64,000 bases of DNA, taken from the IMG/VR virus record IMGVR_UViG_3300029288_000063, positions 128,001 through 192,000 of that record. One strand, 5' to 3'. Under the pieces are notes generated by a model, which saw only the letters and a program-made list of their open reading frames with translations, had not been told where the DNA came from and ran no database searches. Positions 36,637-46,718 of this stretch are shown here, piece by piece. Numbering within the stretch: position 1 is the stretch's first letter; each line of letters starts with the position of its first letter. The translations under genes were made by a program, and so were the position numbers. The stretch comes from a virus. Lineage: Duplodnaviria > Caudoviricetes.

Positions 36637-37539
36637 TTGGATATTGTTTCTGTTCCTGAGTGTGATGTCGTTCCTTTGTCTCAATCTGAAATAAAAAAAC
36701 TATCCACTCTTTCGTCTCCGTTTCGGTATCCGGGTGCGAAGACAAGGTTTTTGGGTAAGCTGTTGGCTTACCTTCGTCCTATGTTGACAGAGGAAGCTGT
36801 CTATGTGGAGCCGTTCATTGGTGGCGGGTCTGTGTTTTTGGGATTGGTCCAAAGTGGTGCCCCGTTCAAACGAGCTGTCTTAAACGATTTGGATTTTGCT
36901 GTTTCGGCGTTTTGGCGTTGTGTGTCCGATGAGTCGAAATCGGAAGAGTTGGTGGCTCGAATACTGTCTGTGGTGCCGTCTGTCGAAGAGCACGCGTCCC
37001 AGAATTCTCTCCTGTCGTCCGATGATATAGTAACGAGAGCGTTCGCTGCGTTATTTTTGAATCGGTGTAGTTTTTCCGGAATTCTGACTGCCGGTCCGAT
37101 TGGAGGGATTGAGCAAAAAAGCAAGTGGACGGTTGGGTGTCGGTATAATCCAGACCGATTGGCGAAGCAGGTTCGTACTATATCGAAGGCGATAGTTGGG
37201 CGTGTTGATGTTGTGAATGGGGATTTCGAGAATGTCATCCTTGATAACGACAAGGTCGGAACGGTTATATATTGCGATGCCCCGTATTACGTGAAGGGGA
37301 ATATGTTGTATCGCCACGGCATGTCCGAGAATGACCATGACCGATTGGCGTGTTGCCTGAAGGTTGTGAGGAATGCGCAGTTCGTTGCGAGTTATGACGC
37401 GGTTCCAGAGATTCTTGATAAGTTTTCGTGGGCGAAGGTTCGTACGATTTCCGTTCGCTATTCGATTTCCGGACAAAATCGGGAATCGTGGGAAGGGAAA
37501 AAGGAATTCATAATCTGTCGAGAGGGTGTCAATGGTTAA
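36637..37539 (+). CDS. DNA adenine methyltransferase (Dam/D12 class)
   Basis: SPFRYPGAK, EPFIGGGSV, NDLD, YCDAPYY; TTG start chosen from RBS spacing. Confidence 0.9.
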   Translation: MDIVSVPECDVVPLSQSEIKKLSTLSSPFRYPGAKTRFLGKLLAYLRPMLTEEAVYVEPFIGGGSVFLGLVQSGAPFKRAVLNDLDFAVSAFWRCVSDESKSEELVARILSVVPSVEEHASQNSLLSSDDIVTRAFAALFLNRCSFSGILTAGPIGGIEQKSKWTVGCRYNPDRLAKQVRTISKAIVGRVDVVNGDFENVILDNDKVGTVIYCDAPYYVKGNMLYRHGMSENDHDRLACCLKVVRNAQFVASYDAVPEILDKFSWAKVRTISVRYSISGQNRESWEGKKEFIICREGVNG

Positions 37540-39442
37540 TTATGATGAAAAGTCAATCAAGGTACTGAAGGGTTTGGATGGTGTCCGCAAGCGTCCGGCC
37601 ATGTATATTGGCGATACAGGTATTGACGGGTTCCATCACCTTGTGTGGGAAATCGTCGACAATGCAATCGACGAGGCTGTTGCGGGTCATTGCAACCACA
37701 TAACGGTGAAGTTCAATGACGATGGCTCTGTGACCGTTTCGGATAATGGTCGTGGTATCCCTGTCGGTAAACACCCGACCGAGGGCATCCCAACGGTTGA
37801 CGTCGTTATGACGGTGCTGCACGCCGGTGGTAAGTTTGGCGGTCCGGATTCGGCGTTCAAGACATCCGGCGGATTGCATGGTGTCGGGGCGTCGGTTGTG
37901 AATGCGCTGTCGGAGTGGATGACTGTTCAGGTTCGTCGCGATGGTGTTAAGTGGCTGCGCGAATACAAGAACGGCGTTCCGACTGCACCTGAGTTGTCGA
38001 AAGATGGAACGTGTGATAAGAAAGACACCGGAACCCTTGTTCGGTTTAAGCCGGACAAGAAGTATTTCCGCGACACCGAGTTTGATGATGCCCGTGTGCG
38101 TCGCCGGTTGCGGGAGCTGTCGTATCTGAATCCGGGTCTGAAAATTGACATGACGTGGATTGACGGCACCGTCGAGACCTTTCATTCGACCGGTGGGCTG
38201 AAGGAATATGTCGAACACCTTCTTGGTAAAAAGGCGAAGCTTTGCCAAACCATCTGCTTCGAAGAGAAAGTGGAAGGGTTTGAGGCGTCGTGCGCGTTTG
38301 TGTACGATTCCGGATTCGATGAGGCGACCCTGTCGTTTGCCAACAACATCAACACAATCGAGGGCGGCGTCCACATGAACGCGGCGTTGGATGCCCTGTG
38401 CAAGTCAATAACGGCTGTTGCAGATTCCGCCGGGCTGTTCAAGAACCTCGGTGAGTTGAAGCCGGTAAAGAGTGATGTGTGTGAGGGTTTGACCCTTGTC
38501 GTAAGTGTTCGGGTTCCAGACCCGTCGTTTGGCGGTCAGACGAAGACGAAGCTTGCGAATGACGAGTTGCGGAAGCCGATGGGTGATTGGTTTCTGGAGC
38601 AATTCGAAAAGGTGTTTGCCAAGGATAAGTCCGTGGCGAAAGCCATCGCGGGGAAGCTTGTCGACTCGATGAAAGCACGTGATGCAGCACGCAAGGCAAA
38701 AACCCTTTCTCGGAAGAAGTCTGTTTTGGAGAGTATGTCGTTGCCGGGCAAACTTTCCGACTGCTCCTCGAAAGACCCTGTTGCCAACGAGTTGTATATC
38801 GTAGAGGGTGACTCTGCCGGTGGCACGGCTATTATGGCACGGAACAGGACGTTCCAAGCTGTTTTGCCGTTGCGCGGCAAGGTGTTGAACGTCCAGAAGA
38901 CCACGTTGAACAAGGCGTTGGGCAACAACGAAATTGCCGCCCTGATTGCGGCGTTGGGTGTTGGTGTGACGGAGCGTGAGGCGTATATCGACGACCTTCG
39001 CTACCACAAGGTTATCATCGCGACAGACGCCGACCAAGACGGTGGTCACATTCTGTGCCTGTTGTTGTCGTTCTTCTTCCGGTTTATGAAGAAGATGATT
39101 GAGGAGGGGCACGTGTATATTTGTGAGCCGCCTCTGTATCGCGTGCGTATTGGTTCGGAATCGCGGTATCTGAAGAACGATGAGGCGTTAGAGGAGTTCC
39201 GCGAGAAGAATCCGGGTCGGAAAATCGAGGTGAGTCGTTTTAAGGGTCTTGGTGAAATGGATGTGTCCGAGTTTTCGGAGACCGCTATGGAACCGTCGTC
39301 GCGGACAATTCGCCGGGTATACATGGAAGACGATTGCTCTGTTGCGAAGACGCTTCACACCTTGATGGGTGATGGTCAGGACAATCTGGATGCGAGGAAA
39401 GAGTTCCTCTCGAAGAGGCTGAAGTTTGGAGACGCAGAATGA
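37532..39442 (+). CDS. gyrB: DNA gyrase subunit B
   Basis: EIVDNAIDE, LHAGGKF, GLHGVG, VEGDSAGG, PLRGK, TDADQDG, RFKGLGEM. Confidence 0.95.
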   Translation: MVNYDEKSIKVLKGLDGVRKRPAMYIGDTGIDGFHHLVWEIVDNAIDEAVAGHCNHITVKFNDDGSVTVSDNGRGIPVGKHPTEGIPTVDVVMTVLHAGGKFGGPDSAFKTSGGLHGVGASVVNALSEWMTVQVRRDGVKWLREYKNGVPTAPELSKDGTCDKKDTGTLVRFKPDKKYFRDTEFDDARVRRRLRELSYLNPGLKIDMTWIDGTVETFHSTGGLKEYVEHLLGKKAKLCQTICFEEKVEGFEASCAFVYDSGFDEATLSFANNINTIEGGVHMNAALDALCKSITAVADSAGLFKNLGELKPVKSDVCEGLTLVVSVRVPDPSFGGQTKTKLANDELRKPMGDWFLEQFEKVFAKDKSVAKAIAGKLVDSMKARDAARKAKTLSRKKSVLESMSLPGKLSDCSSKDPVANELYIVEGDSAGGTAIMARNRTFQAVLPLRGKVLNVQKTTLNKALGNNEIAALIAALGVGVTEREAYIDDLRYHKVIIATDADQDGGHILCLLLSFFFRFMKKMIEEGHVYICEPPLYRVRIGSESRYLKNDEALEEFREKNPGRKIEVSRFKGLGEMDVSEFSETAMEPSSRTIRRVYMEDDCSVAKTLHTLMGDGQDNLDARKEFLSKRLKFGDAE

Positions 39443-41838
39443 GTGCCGAAACTACAGGTGTTGGCTTGGCGGAAATGTCGGACACACTGTCGTCCAACTT
39501 TCTTATCTATGCCGAATATGTTATCAAAGACCGTGCGATTCCTGATGTCCGTGACGGGTTAAAGCCGGGTCAGCGGCGCGTGCTGTGGTCGATGTGGGAC
39601 ATGGGTTGTAAGCCCAAAACACCGCATCGCAAGTCTGCGCGTATTGTCGGCGATACGATTGGGAAATACCATCCACACGGTGACAGTGCGGTATACGAGG
39701 CTATGGCGCGTATGGCGCAGCCGTTTGTCATGGCGAATCCGTTGGTTGACGGCAAGGGAAACTTTGGTTCGGTGGATGGTCATCCACCAGCCGCCATGCG
39801 GTACACGGAAGCCCGCCTGTCGGAGTTTGGGGCGCATGTCCTGTTCAGCGATATTGACTTTGACACGGTTGAGTTCGTTCCAAACTATGACGGTTCGGAA
39901 AAAGAGCCGACGGTTCTTCCTGCCCGCGTGCCGCTGATTTTGCTTGCCGCGCCGTCGGGTATTGCCGTGGCTATGGCGACGAATACGCCGCCGCACAATT
40001 TGAGCGAGGTGTGTAAGGGTGTTATCGCCACGGTTGAGCTTGGGGCACCGTTGCCGCCGGAACGTGTTGCCCGGTTGATTATCGGTCCGGATTTCCCGCT
40101 TGGCGGCATGTCACGCTGCACGAAATACACCGGAGCGAAGGAATCTATCCCGTATCGTTCTGTTGCGGACTTCGAGTCGGAGGGTTCGAGTAAGGCTATT
40201 ATTATTCGCTCGATTCCGTATCTAGCCAACAAGTCGGAACTCATTAAGTCGATGGCGGAGTTGGTTCGGGATGACAAGCTTGCAGGTATCTCGGAGATTC
40301 GCGATGAGTCGTCAGGTCAGGAGGTTCGTATTTGTGTTGAGTTGAAGCGTGATGCCGACCACCAGTCTGTGCTGAACGCCATCTATAACTCCACGAAGCT
40401 TCAGACATCGTTCCCAGTGAACATCACGGCTATCTCTGGAAGGAAGCCGCATCTGTTTGATGTTTCGTCGGTGCTGTGGGAGTTCGTTCGGTTCCGTCAG
40501 GAGGTTATCCGGCGGCGCACGGCGTCTCGGAAATCCAAGGCGGAACATCGCAAGAAGTTGACTGAGGCTGTTATCGCCGCGTGTAAGAATCCCGACAAGA
40601 CGGTTCGCCTCATTAAAAACAACGAGGAGCCTGTCGTTGCGTTGATGGATGAGTACAAGTTCGACAAGGAATGCGCCGAGTATGTTTTCAATATGCCGGT
40701 TCGTCGGTTCTCGAAGGTTGATGTCGGTAAGCTCGATGAGGAGTTGAAGGAGTTTGTTGCCGTCATTGTTGATGCCGAAGATATCCTGACGCGCCCGGAG
40801 CGACTCAATTCGATTATCATCGAGGAGACGAAGGAAGTTGACCACATGTTCGGTGGTGAGCGCAAAACGCTTATCGTTCCCGACTTCTCGTCCATCTCTG
40901 TCAAGGACTTGGTGAAGCAGCAGGATGTCGTGCTGTCGTTCATGTCTGACAAGACGGTGAAATCGACCCCGCTGGCTGACTACCGAGTGCAGAAGCGTCG
41001 TGGGGTTGGTGTGTCGGGGACGAAGATTCCTGATGGTGTCTACCCGACCTTCGCCGTTACAGTGAGTTCGCATGACGAGTTGATGTTTATCACCAACAAG
41101 GGGAATCGTTACCGCGTGCGTGTGTACGATATTCCGGCGATGAACAAGGGGAGGCTGCCGAAAAAGTTGTCGGAGTACATTTCCGGTATTGCCGAGGATG
41201 AGGTTGTTGTGGCGGTTTCCCCGATGGATATTGCTGATGGCGAGTGTCTTGTCATCCTTGGTGCCAACGGGTTGGTGAAGAAGTTGGCGGCGGATTCCGT
41301 TCGGCGTGCGAAGAACGGGACGACGATTATCTATGATGTTGCCCGTGGCGGCGCGGTTGTCGGTGCTGTGGTGTGCAAGGTCGATGACGACATCATGATT
41401 GCGACACAGGGCGGTCAGGTGTTGCGTACGAGCCTGTCTGATATTCGTGAGGTCAAGGGTCGTGAGGCTGCCGGTGTTGCTGCTATGAAGGTGGATGATG
41501 GTGACCGCCTGTTGGGTGTGACCCGCGTGTTGCCCGGTGGGAAGGTGTTGACGGTGAGCAAGAAAGGCTTTGCAAAGCTGTCTGAGGCTGATGAGTATAA
41601 CGCGAAGGGTCGCGGTGGAAAGGGCGTTTGCGGTGCGGTGTTGCAGGATGGCGATTCGCTTCTGTATGCGGGCGTTGTTGTCCCGGCAGAGGACGCGACG
41701 CTGTTCCTGCTTACGAACACGACGCAGAGTATTCGGATTTCCATGTCCGATGTTCCTGTACATGGGCGTTCGACGCGTGGTGTGCGGCTGAAGCGTTTGG
41801 ACGAGAAGGAAGAAGTCACGGTTGCAAGTCCGGAGTGA
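39439..41838 (+). CDS. gyrA: DNA gyrase subunit A
   Basis: DGLKPGQRR, HPHGD, AAMRYTE; beta-pinwheel CTD with GyrA-box QKRRGVG. Confidence 0.95.
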   Translation: MSAETTGVGLAEMSDTLSSNFLIYAEYVIKDRAIPDVRDGLKPGQRRVLWSMWDMGCKPKTPHRKSARIVGDTIGKYHPHGDSAVYEAMARMAQPFVMANPLVDGKGNFGSVDGHPPAAMRYTEARLSEFGAHVLFSDIDFDTVEFVPNYDGSEKEPTVLPARVPLILLAAPSGIAVAMATNTPPHNLSEVCKGVIATVELGAPLPPERVARLIIGPDFPLGGMSRCTKYTGAKESIPYRSVADFESEGSSKAIIIRSIPYLANKSELIKSMAELVRDDKLAGISEIRDESSGQEVRICVELKRDADHQSVLNAIYNSTKLQTSFPVNITAISGRKPHLFDVSSVLWEFVRFRQEVIRRRTASRKSKAEHRKKLTEAVIAACKNPDKTVRLIKNNEEPVVALMDEYKFDKECAEYVFNMPVRRFSKVDVGKLDEELKEFVAVIVDAEDILTRPERLNSIIIEETKEVDHMFGGERKTLIVPDFSSISVKDLVKQQDVVLSFMSDKTVKSTPLADYRVQKRRGVGVSGTKIPDGVYPTFAVTVSSHDELMFITNKGNRYRVRVYDIPAMNKGRLPKKLSEYISGIAEDEVVVAVSPMDIADGECLVILGANGLVKKLAADSVRRAKNGTTIIYDVARGGAVVGAVVCKVDDDIMIATQGGQVLRTSLSDIREVKGREAAGVAAMKVDDGDRLLGVTRVLPGGKVLTVSKKGFAKLSEADEYNAKGRGGKGVCGAVLQDGDSLLYAGVVVPAEDATLFLLTNTTQSIRISMSDVPVHGRSTRGVRLKRLDEKEEVTVASPE

Positions 41839-41845
41839 GGAAAGA

Positions 41846-42595
41846 ATGGGTATAACGAAGACGGCGGTTCACCCGTCCGGTATCACAATCACGTTTACTG
41901 AGGAAGACCACAAGTATGTGGACTCCCGTGGCATGCCGTATAAGTCTGTGACGACGTTTATCCACGAGAATTTTCCCGTGTTCGATACCGAGGGTATTTC
42001 GGCAAAGTATGCTGCCAAGCGTGGATTGAATCAGGAAGACGTGAAGAGGGAATGGAAGGAAAATGGCGAGCGGGCGGCGGCGTATGGGACGCGTGTCCAT
42101 GCGTTTGCCGAGGCCAAATTGTGTGGGTATGAAATACCACAGCCAACCGACGAGATGGATTGTGCGTCGTTTGAGGCGGTTCGGGCGTATATCGAAAATG
42201 ACCTGTTGAAGCACAACACGTTTCTTGAATCTGAGAAAATCATTTTCAGCCCGAAGTTGTATCTCTCTGGAACCATCGACCTGCTCGTGAAAGACCGGAG
42301 TGGTCGGTTGTTCATTCTGGACTGGAAGACGAACAAAGAGCTGAAGCTCGGGAATGGGTATCAGTCGGGACTTGGGTGTTTGGAGCACTTGGATGACTGC
42401 AACTTCGTTCATTATAGCATCCAGTTGAACCTGTATCGTCGTCTGTTGGAGGACGAGGGGTACTTTCGTTCAGCCAAAGATGCCGGTATGGCGTTGTTGT
42501 TCGTTCGTCGTTCGCCGTCTTTCAAGGTAGAGGTCTATCCGGTAGACCGTATGGATGACGAGATAGATTGTTTGCTGGGAAGTATTTCCCGATAA
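41846..42595 (+). CDS. PD-(D/E)XK exonuclease
   Basis: GTRVH..AE, GTIDLL, ILDWKT, Y.IQLNLY. Confidence 0.88.
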   Translation: MGITKTAVHPSGITITFTEEDHKYVDSRGMPYKSVTTFIHENFPVFDTEGISAKYAAKRGLNQEDVKREWKENGERAAAYGTRVHAFAEAKLCGYEIPQPTDEMDCASFEAVRAYIENDLLKHNTFLESEKIIFSPKLYLSGTIDLLVKDRSGRLFILDWKTNKELKLGNGYQSGLGCLEHLDDCNFVHYSIQLNLYRRLLEDEGYFRSAKDAGMALLFVRRSPSFKVEVYPVDRMDDEIDCLLGSISR

Positions 42596-42605
42596 TTTTT
42601 CCCAG

Positions 42606-42625
42606 TTTTTCCTCGGTGGGTCGAT
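42606..42625 (+). promoter_or_regulatory. candidate phage promoter TTTT-N12-CGAT
   Basis: Recurring motif at the start of the accessory region. Confidence 0.55.
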
Positions 42626-42672
42626 GGTGTGTTGTAGGGAATAAAACATAAACCCTTTCGAGGAGAAACGAG

Positions 42673-43107
42673 ATGGCGAAGAATCTGACTGCTGGTGCCG
42701 TGGTTGCCGTTGGTAAGGCTGTGAAGGATGCCGCCCTGAAGTCCGCCGCGTCCGAAATGAAGGCGGGCACCTACAACGTGGACGTGACCGTTCACGTAAC
42801 CGGCGAATATACCGTCGGTGAAGCCTATGAGCAGCGCGTGGTTGCCAAGGCGAAGCCGTGGACCCTGCTTGCCGTCGCCCTGAACGAGCTGAACAAGAAC
42901 CTGTCGGCTGCGGGCGAAGCCGGTCTGGACATGGAAAAGCTGATTACTATGGCGGAGAAGGTTGACCCGTCCCTCGCCGACAAAGCGGAGGCGGATGCCG
43001 CCGAAGCCATTCAGAAGGTCAAGGCACCAACCGTGCAGACCTGCAACGGAAAGATTACCACCAAGCTGGCGGTCGAGGTGGTGAATGAGTCCGTGACTAC
43101 AAAGTGA
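42673..43107 (+). CDS. hypothetical protein
   Basis: AGGAG RBS; own promoter motif and terminator. Confidence 0.85.
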   Translation: MAKNLTAGAVVAVGKAVKDAALKSAASEMKAGTYNVDVTVHVTGEYTVGEAYEQRVVAKAKPWTLLAVALNELNKNLSAAGEAGLDMEKLITMAEKVDPSLADKAEADAAEAIQKVKAPTVQTCNGKITTKLAVEVVNESVTTK

Positions 43108-43137
43108 GACTCCTTGGCGGCAACCTCTTGCCGTATA

Positions 43138-43172
43138 GAACCCCGACTCGTCGTCGGGGTTCAGTTTTTTTT
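43138..43172 (+). terminator. intrinsic terminator
   Basis: GAACCCCGAC/GTCGGGGTTC plus T-run. Confidence 0.85.
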
Positions 43173-43184
43173 GTTTTTCGCCAA

Positions 43185-43204
43185 TTTTCCATTCCCCGAA
43201 CGAT
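43185..43204 (+). promoter_or_regulatory. candidate phage promoter TTTT-N12-CGAT
   Basis: Follows a terminator; downstream TCTTGTGTGAAA shared with the 47065 copy. Confidence 0.6.
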
Positions 43205-43252
43205 AGTCTTGTGTGAAAAGAAGAAGAACCCAAAACAAAAAAGGATAAAATC

Positions 43253-43516
43253 ATGGCGAACGATACAGTCGAAGACACGGTGGTTTGCACAAACGGCGTC
43301 GAATACACGCGCACACAGCTTCTTGCGGCTTTCGAGAGAATCACCAACAAGGACAACTGGAAGCTGCCGCTGCACGGCACCATCAAAGAGAACGAGTTCG
43401 ACCTTGTCAACGATGCGGCGATTTTCTTCGCGGGTTCGCCCCTGAGCATCCTCAAGAGGGACGGGGACATGGTTGAGGTTCACGGGTTGGGTTACTACGC
43501 ATACATCGGAGCGTGA
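43253..43516 (+). CDS. hypothetical protein
   Basis: AAGGA RBS. Confidence 0.75.
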   Translation: MANDTVEDTVVCTNGVEYTRTQLLAAFERITNKDNWKLPLHGTIKENEFDLVNDAAIFFAGSPLSILKRDGDMVEVHGLGYYAYIGA

Positions 43517-43527
43517 AGGGAGAGACC

Positions 43528-43776
43528 ATGAGTATGCCACTGTTTCTGGTGATTTTCGGCGGGATGTTCACATTTGTTGGCGCGGTTGGCATGTTGGCGA
43601 TCATGTGGCAACTCGCACGCTCCTTCAAAGCAACCGAAGGGGTTCCCGTTCAGGAGTGCGGACACCTGTTCTTCGGAAAGCTCTCTGCGTATGCAGGTGC
43701 CATTACTATTTTCGGGTGCGGGTTGTTGCTCTTGATCACAGGGTTCCTGTGGCGCATTGTTCAGATGTGTTTTTGA
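43528..43776 (+). CDS. small membrane protein
   Basis: Two hydrophobic segments. Confidence 0.7.
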   Translation: MSMPLFLVIFGGMFTFVGAVGMLAIMWQLARSFKATEGVPVQECGHLFFGKLSAYAGAITIFGCGLLLLITGFLWRIVQMCF

Positions 43777-43789
43777 ATGGAGGGCGAAC

Positions 43790-44362
43790 ATGGCAATCGA
43801 AGTCAAGGTGCCTGACGGACAGTCTGGCGTGTGGTCGGTAGAGACCTTCGTTGTTGACGAGGAAGGGGCGCGTCTGGCAAACCTGCGTGCCGCGTTCCGC
43901 AGTGGTCGGTATATCAATACGGGGACGTACAAGCGTCTCTGCCGTGGCTCGGTCATCGTGATGTCCAACACCCCCGCCGAGATTAGCGACCACCTCGGCT
44001 TCATTTGGAAAGCCCAAAAGGTCGAGAACGTCCTCATCAACGGTCTTGGTCTTGGTGTTGCCCTGTCGGAAATCCTCAAAAGCTCCGTTGTGAAGCGTGT
44101 CGATGTTGTTGAAATCTCCGAGGACGTCATCAAGCTGGTTGCGCCGACCTTCCAATCCGACAAGCGGGTCAATATCATCCATGCGGACGCGTTCGAGTAT
44201 AAGCCAGAAAGCGGCGTTCGGTATGGCGCGGTCTGGCACGATGTGTGGGACTATATCACTTGGGACAACCTCGAAGGGATGAAGAAGCTGCATCGCAAGT
44301 ATGGGCGGCGGTGTGACTGGCAGGGTTCGTGGTGCCGTGGTTTGTGTGAACGCGGTCGTTGA
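43790..44362 (+). CDS. class I SAM-dependent methyltransferase (spermidine-synthase-like fold)
   Basis: VLINGLGLG, VVEIS.DVI, HADAF, HDVW. Confidence 0.82.
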   Translation: MAIEVKVPDGQSGVWSVETFVVDEEGARLANLRAAFRSGRYINTGTYKRLCRGSVIVMSNTPAEISDHLGFIWKAQKVENVLINGLGLGVALSEILKSSVVKRVDVVEISEDVIKLVAPTFQSDKRVNIIHADAFEYKPESGVRYGAVWHDVWDYITWDNLEGMKKLHRKYGRRCDWQGSWCRGLCERGR

Positions 44363-44402
44363 TTTGTGTTCCTGACAACAAGATTCAGAGAGGAGAAAAC
44401 AG

Positions 44403-44621
44403 ATGGAGATTACTCGCAGAAGCCAGTTGACGGATGAACCTGATAATCGTGACGATGATTGCAAGCACGAGTGGGTAGTTGAGCCTATTCGGGATGCAAA
44501 CTTCGGCGTTACTTTCGGTAACATAAGAACGTGTTCTATTTGTGGCTTGCGCCAGCATGCTGACTCAACACAGGGGCGTTCTGGTGGTGACTGGGTCGTG
44601 ATGAAGGACAAGGAAATCTGA
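44403..44621 (+). CDS. hypothetical protein
   Basis: AGGAG RBS; CKHEW..CSIC. Confidence 0.6.
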   Translation: MEITRRSQLTDEPDNRDDDCKHEWVVEPIRDANFGVTFGNIRTCSICGLRQHADSTQGRSGGDWVVMKDKEI

Positions 44622-44623
44622 TT

Positions 44624-44830
44624 ATGGAAATCATTCGCAAGAGTCCGTTTTCCGGTGTGATTCACGCGATGGACTTGGACGTGACACAGGAACAACTCGA
44701 CCGATTCGATAATGGTCGTGGTGAGTTTGTTCAGGTTGTCTTTTCGCACCTGTCGCCGGGTGAGCGTGAGTTTATCAAAACCGGCATAACGCCTGAAGAG
44801 TGGGACGCGATGTTTGGCGACGAGGTGTAG
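44624..44830 (+). CDS. small hypothetical phage protein
   Basis: RBS; compact ORF ending EREFIKTGITPEEW. Confidence 0.75.
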   Translation: MEIIRKSPFSGVIHAMDLDVTQEQLDRFDNGRGEFVQVVFSHLSPGEREFIKTGITPEEWDAMFGDEV

Positions 44831-44893
44831 TTATTTGTTGAAAGCTCAGAGTTTTTTCTCTCTTGTGCGATGGTTCTCCAAAGGAGAATTATC

Positions 44894-45691
44894 GTGAAAC
44901 GATGCAATATCTGTATAGAAGAGGAATGTAAGGGCAAGCGTTGTTGCAACTGCGACACATGCGACAAGAAGGAACGTTGTGTCAAGGTGTTGCGTCCGAC
45001 CATTCGTATTACCACGAAGTGCACGCAAGCGTGTACCCATTGCTGCTTCGAATGTTCCCCGAAGAAAAACGACATGATGACCGTCGATATGGCTCGTCAG
45101 ATTGTAACGTTTTTCAAGTCGAATGATATTCGCATCATCTCAATCATGGGTGGCGAGGTTTGCTGCAATCCGGATTGGCGCGAAATCGTTTCGCTGCTTT
45201 TGGAAAACGTTGACTACTGCCGCTTGGTGACCAATAGCGACACCGTTGTGGAACGCGGCGCGGCGAAGTTTCTGTCGGGGTTCACCAACCTGAAAGTCTC
45301 CGTATCCAAGGACCGTTGGCACAATAACGAAAACGTGAAGAGGGCGGTTGCCGCCCTGCGTCGCCACAAGGTGCGGTTTGATGTTGCGACGCCAGAAAGA
45401 ACCACGGAAGAGTCCATTGTTCCGGTTGGTCGTGGCGAGCTGTTCCATAGTATGTATTCAATGTTTTCCTGTCACTGCATGAATCCGGATTATCGTTACG
45501 CGTTTCTCATCGACGAGATTGGTCGGATTTACAAGTGCGGGTTCGGCTCGTGGAACTATGCCGAAGTGTCTGAATATGTCGATGGTGGTTTCGATGAGCG
45601 TTTCAAGGAGTTCAATCAGGCGTTTTTCAAGGCGTTTGTTCCGAGTTGCTCGTCGTGTATCCGGGCGTGGGAAAGAAGGAAGCCGAGATGA
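44894..45691 (+). CDS. radical SAM protein with Cys-rich N-terminus and SPASM/twitch-like C-terminus
   Basis: CTQACTHC, GGE, TN; C-terminal G.IYKC and CSSC. Confidence 0.88.
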   Translation: MKRCNICIEEECKGKRCCNCDTCDKKERCVKVLRPTIRITTKCTQACTHCCFECSPKKNDMMTVDMARQIVTFFKSNDIRIISIMGGEVCCNPDWREIVSLLLENVDYCRLVTNSDTVVERGAAKFLSGFTNLKVSVSKDRWHNNENVKRAVAALRRHKVRFDVATPERTTEESIVPVGRGELFHSMYSMFSCHCMNPDYRYAFLIDEIGRIYKCGFGSWNYAEVSEYVDGGFDERFKEFNQAFFKAFVPSCSSCIRAWERRKPR

Positions 45692-46332
45692 ACATCGAAT
45701 CACTTGGCGCGATGCCACTTTGTGAAATCGAAAAACAGATATCCGAAGGCGGCGTGTTGCTTATGATGGGTGGCGATGACGAGTTGTCTGTTGCGTCTGT
45801 CAATCAGCAGCACGGCGTTCGTGCCGCTGCCATTGCTGTTATTGCCTATTGGTTTGTGGACCAGTATGGTGACCGTCTTGCCCTGCAAGCGTCTGTTGAC
45901 CTGTGGGAGAAAGCTGCAAAAAAGTCCAATATGAAGAAAGCGGCAGACAAGGTGGCTTTTTGTGCCCAAAGTCTGGACGAGTTGCTGGCGTGGGGTGGTT
46001 GTGCTGTGGAGGCTCCGTCTATAGAGTGTTCGGAGTCTCTTTCGCCGGACGAGCTGTTGTCTCTTGGGAACTTTTTGGCACTCGTTGCCTTGAAGCGTCA
46101 CGTTTTCGAAGATTGCACCACCTCTCAAAACCTCGCGTTTTTGTTTTTGCCGGGGGTGTTGCAGGATATCCTGTCGGGATTCCAAAAGTCGAAAAAAGGA
46201 AAAAATCCCGTAGTTCGTCCAGAAAATCTTCCGTTTGACGATACTCCTTCATACAAAGGAGGAATCGACAATGATTCAGAACGGAACGGTTACAATTCAG
46301 AATGTCAAAACCGGCGAACATCGTACGTTTAA
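45688..46332 (+). CDS. hypothetical protein
   Basis: ATGA coupling to the upstream gene. Confidence 0.55.
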   Translation: MNIESLGAMPLCEIEKQISEGGVLLMMGGDDELSVASVNQQHGVRAAAIAVIAYWFVDQYGDRLALQASVDLWEKAAKKSNMKKAADKVAFCAQSLDELLAWGGCAVEAPSIECSESLSPDELLSLGNFLALVALKRHVFEDCTTSQNLAFLFLPGVLQDILSGFQKSKKGKNPVVRPENLPFDDTPSYKGGIDNDSERNGYNSECQNRRTSYV

Positions 46333-46708
46333 GATTGCCACGGTTCGTGAGGGCAATCTTGAGGGAAAGCGTATCGTGTCGCTGTTGACCGGTGCTGATA
46401 ACGAGAACAGCTACTCGGGTTTCGCGTTTGTGTCGGACGACGGTGAGATTGTCAATGTCTGGCGCAAGAAGGTGTCGCCGACGTTCAGTTTCTATGCGTC
46501 GATGATGGTTCAGGCGTTCCGTTCCCTTGAATCCGTCTTTGATGCCGAGGTGGAGACGGTTTCGGCTGTGTTCGTCATGTCGGGTCGTGAGTATTCGGTC
46601 ACGTTGGAAAAGCGTTGCCGTTGCTGCAACCGCAAACTGACGACCCCGGCGTCCCTGAAGGCAGGTTTTGGACCCGAGTGTGCAAAGCGTCTTGGTGTGG
46701 CGTGGTAA
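46271..46708 (+). CDS. DUF6011-like Zn-finger protein
   Basis: C..CNRKLT.P.S...GFGPEC; AGGAGG RBS. Confidence 0.8.
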   Translation: MIQNGTVTIQNVKTGEHRTFKIATVREGNLEGKRIVSLLTGADNENSYSGFAFVSDDGEIVNVWRKKVSPTFSFYASMMVQAFRSLESVFDAEVETVSAVFVMSGREYSVTLEKRCRCCNRKLTTPASLKAGFGPECAKRLGVAW

Positions 46709-46718
46709 GGAGGGAATC

